Position numbers and translations under genes: made by a program. Of a DNA stretch of 25,057 bases, positions 8,369 through 15,455 are shown in pieces. Below the pieces are notes generated by a model. It saw nothing but the letters and a program-made list of their open reading frames with translations, was not told the DNA's origin and did not search any database. Each line of letters opens with the position of its first letter. The stretch's first letter is position 1. Origin of the DNA: a virus (Duplodnaviria > Caudoviricetes); the IMG/VR virus record IMGVR_UViG_3300032312_000722, positions 1-25,057 of that record, one strand, 5' to 3'.

Positions 8369-9049
8369 TCATTTGTCGCACAATGAGTCTTGTGTGGTAT
8401 TTGCCTCAATAACAGCCTTCGACCCTGACTTCCCGGCATACTTAATTTTGTTTGCGTTGACTAACAGCGCAGCGTCGGCCGCGGTAAAATGTACGTTCGC
8501 CACCGATCCTCCGACCTGGACTCTTGCCTGCTGACCGAAATGCTCCTGAGCCCTGCGTTCGATGCGCCATGCGGCCGCTTGCCAGGTCCCCTTTTCTGCC
8601 GCCCTGTCAATGACTTCCAACGCGCGGGTGATGTGGAGCGACTCTGCTTTTTTTAAGCGTTCGGTGATGTGGGGCCTGGCGGATAAGAATGCTGATAGCG
8701 TGGACTTTGCGATTCCAAGTAAGTCCGCAATCATGGCATATGGGAACCCTTTACTCAGCGCAGTCTCGACTATTGTCAGGTGCTCCTCAGTAATCTTGGG
8801 CAATCCCCTGGCCCCAATAGCAACGTCCGGGATGTGATTAGGAACTTCGTTCATCAGCCTGCGCTCTTTGTCCAGGCGCTTCTCATCCACCTTCTCAATC
8901 TTCTTCTCGGGGAAGCGCAACTTCATGCGCCTCTTCTTTTGCTTCGGAACATGACCATGAACATGGTCAGATTCCTGGTTGGGACTAGAGGCTAGATCCT
9001 TTGGACTCGTAGTAATTGGCAAGTCGCTGGAGCTTCCAGATGCATTCAT
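8369..9049 (-). CDS. terS: Terminase small subunit
   Basis: HTH-like IADLLGIAKSTL and WQAAAWRIERR motif; immediately upstream of terL. Confidence 0.75.
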   Translation of the reverse strand: MNASGSSSDLPITTSPKDLASSPNQESDHVHGHVPKQKKRRMKLRFPEKKIEKVDEKRLDKERRLMNEVPNHIPDVAIGARGLPKITEEHLTIVETALSKGFPYAMIADLLGIAKSTLSAFLSARPHITERLKKAESLHITRALEVIDRAAEKGTWQAAAWRIERRAQEHFGQQARVQVGGSVANVHFTAADAALLVNANKIKYAGKSGSKAVIEANTTQDSLCDK

Positions 9050-9188
9050 TAACTAGTGTCTCCCCAACTTCGTCACTGCATCTCTTGTTGCAATTGGTAA
9101 GCAACTTCCAGAATGCTGAACATGCTGATTTGAGCTTAATGTTTTCATCGGTGATCGATTTGATTTTAGCTTCGTCTGACACATGCAA
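8985..9188 (-). CDS. Hypothetical protein
   Basis: 67 aa ORF after a GGGAGG RBS-like sequence; overlaps the terS 5' end. Confidence 0.5.
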   Translation of the reverse strand: MHVSDEAKIKSITDENIKLKSACSAFWKLLTNCNKRCSDEVGETLVNECIWKLQRLANYYESKGSSL

Positions 9189-9392
9189 CCCTCCCGGTAG
9201 TTAGAAAACCCCGCGCCCGGGAACCACTTTCACCCCTCCCGGGTCGCAGCCAGTTCCCCAACCCACCCCATAAGAACTGGCTTGCGTCAAAGTATTGCAT
9301 CCAGGCCAACGCGCAAGTCTTTCGTGTTTCGCCTACATTTTCTGGTAAGAATTAAAAAGGCATATGGTAAACTGAAAAGACCCCGCGGTTGG

Positions 9393-9497
9393 AGCGGTAC
9401 CGCTAGCGAAGCGAAGCGGGGGGACTTTAGTCCCCCGCTCTAACAGGGGTCTGTTTCACCATTATATATATATAAGGGGAACGAAATGGTGAAACAG
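9393..9497. promoter_or_regulatory. Origin-like intergenic element with nested inverted repeats around a (TA)n core
   Basis: Palindrome AGCGGTACCGCT at 9393-9404; hairpin at 9415-9439; perfect 13-bp inverted repeat CTGTTTCACCATT (9451-9463) / AATGGTGAAACAG (9485-9497) flanking TATATATATATA. Confidence 0.55.
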
Positions 9498-9560
9498 TGT
9501 AGAACCCGGGTTTAACAGAGTAGGGCGAAATAGCTGTTTCTGGCCCTTTCGGGCTATGTT

Positions 9561-9764
9561 TCAGGTCAGTTTAAGCGGTCGAAACGATGCCACCGGGAGC
9601 TCTTTCCCGGCCCAATTCCTGTTCCCTTTAGGCGCCCCACCCTTCTTACCGTTAGCGATCGACGCCTTGGCCTTAGCCTCCGACCTCACCTTGCCGATCC
9701 TGGACGCGAATAACGCCACCGGGACCGCACATCTACAGTTAGGACATTCAATTGATTGACTCAT
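9561..9764 (-). CDS. Small basic protein with CxxC and a KASIANGKKGGAP motif, putative DNA binder
   Basis: ATG at 9764 overlaps the Mom-like stop (ATGA). CPNC plus an NGKKGGxP motif of the kind seen in small phage basic proteins. Confidence 0.7.
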   Translation of the reverse strand: MSQSIECPNCRCAVPVALFASRIGKVRSEAKAKASIANGKKGGAPKGNRNWAGKELPVASFRPLKLT

Positions 9765-10429
9765 TCTTGCCTCCATTCTTTCCATTCTTTCCAGTTTTGT
9801 ATCTCCCATTTCAGCAACGACTTGTCCTTCTGATTGCAGAAATAGACAAACCTATGCTTCCTGGTCCGCGGAACAATCACTGCTTCCTCCATGGTCCTCG
9901 AGTGCCTGCTGTGCTTGTTGCCTACCACCTTGTCCCCGGAAGGTCTCTTGTCGGACAGTCCGGTATAGATCCAGTTCGTTGCCGAGTAGATCATTCCATT
10001 GTGCCCGGCCCCGGTGTCAGCATAGCTAACCAGGATTAAGTGGGGCCGCAACTTCGTTAGCTCACGAATGCTCCAGGATATAAATCTGCTCTCAGAGTTT
10101 TTGGGGCACCGATCGTCGAGCCACAATCTGTTCAACTCGTAGACCCTGGACGCGTTCTCTGCCCCGCATATGCCCCTGCATAGATGAGGCGACGCGGGTT
10201 TGCCGAATGAAATCACGCCTAGCAGTTCACTGCCATGGAAGCATCCGAACGACCAGTTGCACGGCACGGCCCGGTGCGCGTAGTGGTTAGCGACGACTAC
10301 TTCATTCATCGTCTTTGACCCTACGGCCCGGAATTTAAGTTGGAGCGCAGAGGTAGGAATTGCACCTCCGTTCTCCCCTTGGAATAGGGGAAGTTCTACT
10401 ACTGAACTATCTGCGCGTAAACTCACCAT
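9761..10429 (-). CDS. mom: Mom-family adenine modification enzyme (GNAT-like fold)
   Basis: Motifs NHY, LLGVISFG.P, ELNRLWLDD..PKNSESRFIS, LVSYAD...GH.G.IY.ATNW.YTG and K.R+VY. The start at 10429 (or GTG 10426) overlaps the upstream stop (ATGGTGA). Confidence 0.88.
   Translation of the reverse strand: MVSLRADSSVVELPLFQGENGGAIPTSALQLKFRAVGSKTMNEVVVANHYAHRAVPCNWSFGCFHGSELLGVISFGKPASPHLCRGICGAENASRVYELNRLWLDDRCPKNSESRFISWSIRELTKLRPHLILVSYADTGAGHNGMIYSATNWIYTGLSDKRPSGDKVVGNKHSRHSRTMEEAVIVPRTRKHRFVYFCNQKDKSLLKWEIQNWKEWKEWRQE
10341..10416 (-). tRNA. Non-canonical tRNA-Gly(UCC)-like RNA embedded in the mom 5' coding region
   Basis: GCGCAGA TA GTTC AGTAGTA GAAC T TCCCC TATTCCAA GGGGA GAAC GGAGG TGCAATT CCT(A)CC TCTGCGC T CCA: 7-bp acceptor stem, 4-bp D stem, 5-bp anticodon stem, T stem with one bulge, U73 and CCA. 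Confidence 0.8.
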
Positions 10430-10776
10430 GTCCCCATCTCGTCGATGAACCCGATCGTCTTGTCCCGGCGATCCTTCAGCACTGCCAGAAGCCTGTCGGT
10501 CATGTCGACCTCGGACAGCATGGAGTTTCCCCCTATGCAACTCCCACACCTATTGAGGTAGGTCAGGATCTTGGGCTTGTTGCTGGCGGACTGATTGATC
10601 TCACAGATTCCGTAGTCGTTCCCGGACCGATAATACTTGCCCGGGACCATCTGCTCAAACGTCAGTTCACCCTCCTCTTCGGAGTAATACTTCATGATTT
10701 CCTCCAGTACATTTTCCACATGAACACGGTGCATAGAATTCCGCATGGGGTCAATAGGATTAGTTCTGACATACAA
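10423..10776 (-). CDS. Hypothetical protein
   Basis: 117 aa, AAGGAGGT RBS, coupled to its neighbours. Confidence 0.7.
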   Translation of the reverse strand: MYVRTNPIDPMRNSMHRVHVENVLEEIMKYYSEEEGELTFEQMVPGKYYRSGNDYGICEINQSASNKPKILTYLNRCGSCIGGNSMLSEVDMTDRLLAVLKDRRDKTIGFIDEMGTW

Positions 10777-11215
10777 CCTCCTTCTTCCACTCGATCACCT
10801 TTAGGATCGAGGGCGCCTCGATGCCAAGGTAGAACTGGATGCCCTTTGTGTCCGTCACAAACTTCTTGCCCTTGTTAACTCCGTCGAGCACCTCGAAGAC
10901 AAACGACTTGTTCGCCCGACCCCTGTACCCGCACAAGCGAGCAGTGCCCTTGGGGGTCTTAAACTCCTTGGTCAAATGCTCCTCCTTCAGTCCGTCGAAT
11001 CCATGGCGAACAATTGACCGCAAGTCCGCCAGGTCTTTGGTTACAATCTCTCCGCCTTCCTCAACCGACCGGACTTCCATCTTGAAGGTGGCAGTGTCCG
11101 CGTTATAGGTGCAGTTGCCTAGCTTGAGGTTGAACTGCTTGTTGACCTTGTTGAGCTCTGCCAGGAGCGGGTCAATCTGATTGCGAATTATGTTGAGTGT
11201 GTCTTTGTTGATCAT
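10760..11215 (-). CDS. Hypothetical protein
   Basis: 151 aa preceded by the repeated leader AACCAAGAAAGACCAAC. Confidence 0.75.
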   Translation of the reverse strand: MINKDTLNIIRNQIDPLLAELNKVNKQFNLKLGNCTYNADTATFKMEVRSVEEGGEIVTKDLADLRSIVRHGFDGLKEEHLTKEFKTPKGTARLCGYRGRANKSFVFEVLDGVNKGKKFVTDTKGIQFYLGIEAPSILKVIEWKKEVVCQN

Positions 11216-11536
11216 GTTGTTGGTCTTTCTTGGTTATGAATTGCATTCACTGCACTTGCACTTACTAACGCCCTGGAGAAATGTGTAAGCCTCCTGGACG
11301 CTCGACTCATGGACCTGATGGGCCCCGGTCCCGGCATTATCTACCCAGCCTGGCTTGAGGTAGATCCAGAATCCGTCACCGTTGTCGCCAGTGCGCTTGA
11401 TGTACTCCTTAACCTGGGGGTCGTTCAGATCCGAACCGCGATAGTCGCGCTCGTCACTGATTGAATCTACCCGGTGGTCGCGCTTGATCTTTTCGATTAA
11501 TTTACTTTCGTGCATGTTGGTTGGTCTTTCTTGGTT
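11213..11536 (-). repeat. Two near-identical gene leaders AACCAAGAAAGACCAAC(C)AACATG at 11213-11235 and 11513-11536
   Basis: Direct repeat visible upstream of two consecutive ORFs. Confidence 0.8.
11234..11515 (-). CDS. Hypothetical protein with a C-terminal CxCxxC
   Basis: 93 aa, flanked by the repeated leaders. Confidence 0.7.
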   Translation of the reverse strand: MHESKLIEKIKRDHRVDSISDERDYRGSDLNDPQVKEYIKRTGDNGDGFWIYLKPGWVDNAGTGAHQVHESSVQEAYTFLQGVSKCKCSECNS

Positions 11537-11541
11537 GGGGG

Positions 11542-11814
11542 TTAGGCGTTACGATTGAAGCATATGTCGATGTACATCTTGGCGTCCCGGAGGGTCGATG
11601 CGATATCTATGCTGTTGCTGGAGTTGTAACCGTCCATGTCTTTGTATGTATTCCACTGGACTCCGGCGATCTCCTCGTCGAGTAAGTATCCGTTATCGAA
11701 CTTCTTAATGATCCATCCGCGGTACTGATACATGTCTTTCCCGAGTTTCTTGGCTGTATGTTTGTTGGCGACTTTGACCGCGCCAACTTCGGTTTGGGTT
11801 AATGTGTTGCTCAT
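11542..11814 (-). CDS. Hypothetical protein, first gene of the accessory operon
   Basis: 90 aa, ATG 6 nt below a -10 box. Confidence 0.7.
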   Translation of the reverse strand: MSNTLTQTEVGAVKVANKHTAKKLGKDMYQYRGWIIKKFDNGYLLDEEIAGVQWNTYKDMDGYNSSNSIDIASTLRDAKMYIDICFNRNA

Positions 11815-11820
11815 GGTTAG

Positions 11821-11849
11821 AAATTAACCCATCTCCTGGGTTATGTCTA
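11821..11849 (-). promoter_or_regulatory. Sigma70-like promoter with a palindromic operator in the spacer; probably leaderless mRNA
   Basis: TAGACA-17 nt-TAATTT-CTAACC-ATG, with TAACCCA-N5-TGGGTTA at 11825-11843 and an AT-rich upstream region. Confidence 0.65.
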
Positions 11850-11902
11850 CAAGTATTTTCAATACAATGCGTAAGTTGTTGATATTGAATGAAATACTTT
11901 TT

Positions 11903-13321
11903 CTAGAAACCTGGGGCCGGAACGCGGTAAACCTCGCCAAACTGCGATTTATCCTTCATCAACTTGCCGGACTTCACCAAGCGCGTGAGGTATCTCGAGA
12001 GGGTTCCCCGCGGAATTCCCATAGCAGGATCGGCCTTCTCCCATACCTCCTTGAACGATGATCCCTTCTCCTTGTCAACGCACGCCATCACTTCGTCGTC
12101 CTCGTATGCCTTCTTCGATCCTTCGGTTGGTCGCGCGTCGTCCGGATTAAATTCTGCTGTGCGTTTCATCAGCGGAAATTCCCACTGCACGCAAAACGGA
12201 TCGATCGGTGAGAAGTCTCTCATCGTTGGCTCGACGATCAGCACATTCTCTTCCTTGTGGGGATGCATAACGAAGATGCTGTCTGGGTCCCGGGCGAATA
12301 CGGTACTGCCTGACATCTTGTCAAACCCGGCCCTGTTGCCGTGTCCCTTGCTGAAGTGATGCCCGAACACGACGCTCGCGTTGGTCTCTACCGCAATGCT
12401 GTCCACCTCGTTCATCAACGTTGCCATCTCTCCGGCACTGTTCTCATCTCTCTCTCCGTACAACTTGTAGATCGGGTCAAAGCAGATCAGTCCAAACTCT
12501 CCGATCCGCAGCTGGTCGATGATCTTAGGCCGCAACGCGCTCAGGTCCGCCGAGTGTCCGCGCAGATTCCAAACAAATAACTGGTCATTGGGTATCTGAA
12601 TGCCTAGTGCCCGGCACACGGATCTGATCCGCTCGCGGAATGAGTACTGCTGGATCTCGAAGTTGATGAACAGCACCCGCGTCTTGCGAGTAGGCATCTC
12701 CCAAAACTTTGTGCCCGACGCCACACATATCGCCAACTGCAACAGCGTCCAGGTCTTCATGCTCTTGCTCGTCCCGCCCAGCACCATCTTGCAACCGCGG
12801 TGCAGGGCACCAAAGATAATCTCCTCCGGCTTCTCAATCGCCAATTCATCTAGAGCGCTAGCCTCCATGATGAGTGGGAGATTCCCACTGCCCCATGGCT
12901 TGCTGGCCCCGGCCAGGATGTTCCTAATATCTTCCGGGCACGCGTCCTGCTCTTCCATCGCACCGAGCGCCTTGAGCGCAGCTGCGTGCATGTTCCGCAT
13001 CCGGGTAGTCTTCCGCAACCTGGGCAACCAATAGTCCATCTTGGAAGCGGAGGTGATTGAGCCCGACATAATCTTTAGACTGAATTCGTGCACATACTTC
13101 GGATGCTCCTTGCCGACAAATTCGCCCATGGCGACAGCGTCAGGTGGCACACCATCCCTCAACCCCCGGGCGACGCACCGGGCTACTGGTTGGTAGTAGT
13201 TGTGCGGGTCGAGGATCTCAGCCTTGTTCCTGTCTAAAATAATTGGGTCGGTGAAGCATGCCGACAGCACTGCCCACTCAGCCTCATTGTCCCGAGGTGG
13301 TCCGTAAGAGTCTTGGTTCAT
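11903..13321 (-). CDS. Replicative helicase: DnaB N-terminal-like domain, RepA/AAA_25 RecA-fold ATPase and C-terminal wHTH
   Basis: PPRDNEAEWAVLSAC (DnaB-N-like), GGTSKSMKT (Walker A variant), LFINFE, ICFDP, GHHFSKG and SGS. ATG at 13321 overlaps the upstream stop. Confidence 0.85.
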   Translation of the reverse strand: MNQDSYGPPRDNEAEWAVLSACFTDPIILDRNKAEILDPHNYYQPVARCVARGLRDGVPPDAVAMGEFVGKEHPKYVHEFSLKIMSGSITSASKMDYWLPRLRKTTRMRNMHAAALKALGAMEEQDACPEDIRNILAGASKPWGSGNLPLIMEASALDELAIEKPEEIIFGALHRGCKMVLGGTSKSMKTWTLLQLAICVASGTKFWEMPTRKTRVLFINFEIQQYSFRERIRSVCRALGIQIPNDQLFVWNLRGHSADLSALRPKIIDQLRIGEFGLICFDPIYKLYGERDENSAGEMATLMNEVDSIAVETNASVVFGHHFSKGHGNRAGFDKMSGSTVFARDPDSIFVMHPHKEENVLIVEPTMRDFSPIDPFCVQWEFPLMKRTAEFNPDDARPTEGSKKAYEDDEVMACVDKEKGSSFKEVWEKADPAMGIPRGTLSRYLTRLVKSGKLMKDKSQFGEVYRVPAPGF

Positions 13322-13482
13322 TGTGGTTGCGTCCCCCACATGTCCTTCCAAACGGTCTTGCGCATTTGCAAGATCACTCGCCACACATTGTCAGGGAAGA
13401 TCCAGCACTTCTCGACCTGGAACTGTTCTGCCAGTTTCTTTAGCTCGTTGGGCACCTCAGACTTGTAGTCGTCAATCTTCAT
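13318..13482 (-). CDS. Hypothetical protein, 54 aa (not in the ORF track)
   Basis: MKIDDYKSEVPNELKKLAEQFQVEKCWIFPDNVWRVILQMRKTVWKDMWGTQPQ; abuts the upstream stop and overlaps the helicase ATG. Confidence 0.6.
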   Translation of the reverse strand: MKIDDYKSEVPNELKKLAEQFQVEKCWIFPDNVWRVILQMRKTVWKDMWGTQPQ

Positions 13483-13842
13483 TTAGTTACCCTTCCTTGA
13501 TTGGTGAAACTTTCGGTTCTCATTTTCACTACACTTCTCGGGCGTCAACTTCTCCAGGCGCCGGACTACGTCACGGTGGTCCACGTTGGCCCCGGCAGCC
13601 ATGAGCCATGTAGCCATGGGTTCACCGCGTATTGCGCGGACTAATTCGTCCGACTCGATGTAGCTTTTGTATCCGTCTCCGTGTCCCGAGTTGCGTCTCG
13701 GCTTGGCTATTGATACGAGCCCGGACAGAATCTTTCTGCGATTCAGTAGTTTAATGTCTGAGATCATCTGCACGACGACCTCTCCTGCGAGTTGCCTATA
13801 CCTTTCGGTCAGGTCTCCTTTTGTGAGTCTGGTGGATTGCAT
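13483..13842 (-). CDS. Hypothetical protein
   Basis: 119 aa with an AAAGGA RBS. Confidence 0.7.
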   Translation of the reverse strand: MQSTRLTKGDLTERYRQLAGEVVVQMISDIKLLNRRKILSGLVSIAKPRRNSGHGDGYKSYIESDELVRAIRGEPMATWLMAAGANVDHRDVVRRLEKLTPEKCSENENRKFHQSRKGN

Positions 13843-14060
13843 GGGTTGGTTCCTTTCGTTGGGGTTGTTGTCTTATCTTCTACAAAACTTCCTGTCAACA
13901 TGTCCAGCTTATATCCGTTTCCGTGCCAGTAATCGTAAAGCATCGCGTTAATCATTTTCCCTTGGTTACCGAACTCAAGCGGGAACAGATTCCCCGGGGC
14001 CAACCCGAACTCCTTCACAAGCGCCCCGAACTTTGCCGTTGTCAGCTTGTAGATTTTCAC
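13809..14060 (-). CDS. Hypothetical protein
   Basis: 83 aa, GTG start after TAAGGA. Confidence 0.55.
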   Translation of the reverse strand: MKIYKLTTAKFGALVKEFGLAPGNLFPLEFGNQGKMINAMLYDYWHGNGYKLDMLTGSFVEDKTTTPTKGTNPCNPPDSQKET

Positions 14061-14220
14061 TTAGTTCCTTATTGAATAGCAGGGCCGCGTCGACATTGGT
14101 AATGATCTGCCGGATCGCTGGGGCGTGAGTGTGGTCCGACGCATCTCTTTCTACAACGAGCATCCTCTTAGTTGCCTCGAGGATATCACGTTGCCATTCG
14201 ATGGTGTTTGCCAAACTCAC
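13975..14220 (-). CDS. Hypothetical protein
   Basis: 81 aa, GTGA overlap with the upstream gene. Confidence 0.55.
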   Translation of the reverse strand: MSLANTIEWQRDILEATKRMLVVERDASDHTHAPAIRQIITNVDAALLFNKELSENLQADNGKVRGACEGVRVGPGESVPA

Positions 14221-14372
14221 CGATTCTTGCTCTTGCCAGCCGAACTAATCGCGATCGCGACCATCTGCTCAAAACTCCGGGCCTTGCCTCCGGCTCCGCG
14301 CTCCTTGCCCTTCTTCTTATTATCCTTCATCAGTTCCCTCATGTTCTTACTTACGCTCTTACCTAATGGCAT
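14217..14372 (-). CDS. Small basic phage protein, DUF6496-like, 51 aa (not in the ORF track)
   Basis: MPLGKSVSKNMRELMKDNKKKGKERGAGGKARSFEQMVAIAISSAGKSKNR, with SKN.RELM and Q.VAIA.S.AGK motifs; AAAGGA RBS. Confidence 0.7.
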   Translation of the reverse strand: MPLGKSVSKNMRELMKDNKKKGKERGAGGKARSFEQMVAIAISSAGKSKNR

Positions 14373-14386
14373 ATGTGTCCTTTCTG

Positions 14387-14659
14387 TTATTTGTTTACCG
14401 ACATTGCATGCATGAAGATCGGAGTCTGCTCACCCACATACGATCCGGCAATGTTATAATCAAAATATTCGTGGGCCTCATCATGGTCCATGCCGTCCTT
14501 CATTAGCTCCTGGACAATCTTGTCTATGTCGTACACGGCGCACAATGGCCCATCAAATGTCCTGCCCACCCCCACAACCGCGCAGTCAAATCCGTCGGCA
14601 AACATGATGCCGTCAGCCTCTTCGCCAAATGTGTCGAGGATTTCGTCCCTTATGTTCAC
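14387..14659 (-). CDS. Conserved acidic phage hypothetical protein
   Basis: ADGFD.A++G...VYD...EA.EYFDYNI.G.YVGE.TP+F pattern common in aquatic phages. Confidence 0.75.
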   Translation of the reverse strand: MNIRDEILDTFGEEADGIMFADGFDCAVVGVGRTFDGPLCAVYDIDKIVQELMKDGMDHDEAHEYFDYNIAGSYVGEQTPIFMHAMSVNK

Positions 14660-15282
14660 GCTGTCTCCTCCTTGCGAAGATCATAGTAAAACGAATCTGT
14701 ATCCTCAGTCACCCACTTGTCGCTCTGATTCTCCACGCTGGGCAACTCTGTGCAGACCCGAAACTGCTTTAGGTTGTCTGGCAACTTCTTCGTAACCCAA
14801 TTGGAATCGCGCCAGAAGATTCTGTTGTTTGGCATACAGAGCAAGTAGCCATCGTCACCCTCGAACACATGACCACATTTGTAGTCAGATGGCTCATCGC
14901 TGTATGGGTTGTTGAACCAATCAACTGTGAACAAGTAGGTGCCCCACACCTTGGTCGCGTCCCTAAGCAGGATCTGCGCTCGGTGATAGGCGAGGAAGCT
15001 GTACTCTGTCACAGTCACGTTCTCGCTGAAGCAGTCCCATAGTTGCTTGTAGTTAAATGGGATGTCGTTGGTTGGCTCCTGAGTGTATATCTCTGACAGT
15101 GGTACTCGACTCCGCAGCATTCCCGAATCCGTCATTACATGAAAGGTCAGGATTGCCCCAGCGCAAGACTGCAATGCAAACACATAGACGTCGTAAAACT
15201 CAGTGTCCGCCTCGTTCTTAGTAAAGAATGATTTTCTCACCATGGCCTTAAAGGACGGGATATTCTCGTTGAGCGTTGCCAT
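14656..15282 (-). CDS. Conserved phage protein of unknown function
   Basis: 208 aa with LN.NIP, QLWDCFS, Y+FTVDW, K..H and PNNRI.W.D motifs. Confidence 0.8.
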   Translation of the reverse strand: MATLNENIPSFKAMVRKSFFTKNEADTEFYDVYVFALQSCAGAILTFHVMTDSGMLRSRVPLSEIYTQEPTNDIPFNYKQLWDCFSENVTVTEYSFLAYHRAQILLRDATKVWGTYLFTVDWFNNPYSDEPSDYKCGHVFEGDDGYLLCMPNNRIFWRDSNWVTKKLPDNLKQFRVCTELPSVENQSDKWVTEDTDSFYYDLRKEETA

Positions 15283-15455
15283 TACTTCTTCCGGGGCAAA
15301 TTGTTCTTAACCTTCTTCCAAACTGATTCGTCCTTATCAAAGCCAAGAGACCAGTTCATGACCTTGTTGTAGATCGAATAGCCATATCCAAACCGCATGA
15401 ACGTCCTTGAGATCAAGTCTCCTATCCAATAGAAAGTCCAGGCTAGTGCTCTCAT
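15282..15455 (-). CDS. Hypothetical protein, 57 aa (not in the ORF track)
   Basis: MRALAWTFYWIGDLISRTFMRFGYGYSIYNKVMNWSLGFDKDESVWKKVKNNLPRKK; overlaps neighbours at both ends. Confidence 0.6.
   Translation of the reverse strand: MRALAWTFYWIGDLISRTFMRFGYGYSIYNKVMNWSLGFDKDESVWKKVKNNLPRKK

Noticed and set aside
10341-10416. Interpretation of the tRNA-like sequence as an attP/attL integration remnant
   Set aside because: No integrase is nearby, the whole cloverleaf is present rather than a 3' fragment, and its paired stems are preserved while canonical loop residues diverge. Not fully excluded without the host genome.
10430-10549. 40 aa N-terminal extension of the Mom ORF given in the track
   Set aside because: It lies entirely within the upstream gene in another frame; the coupled start at 10429/10426 is more plausible.
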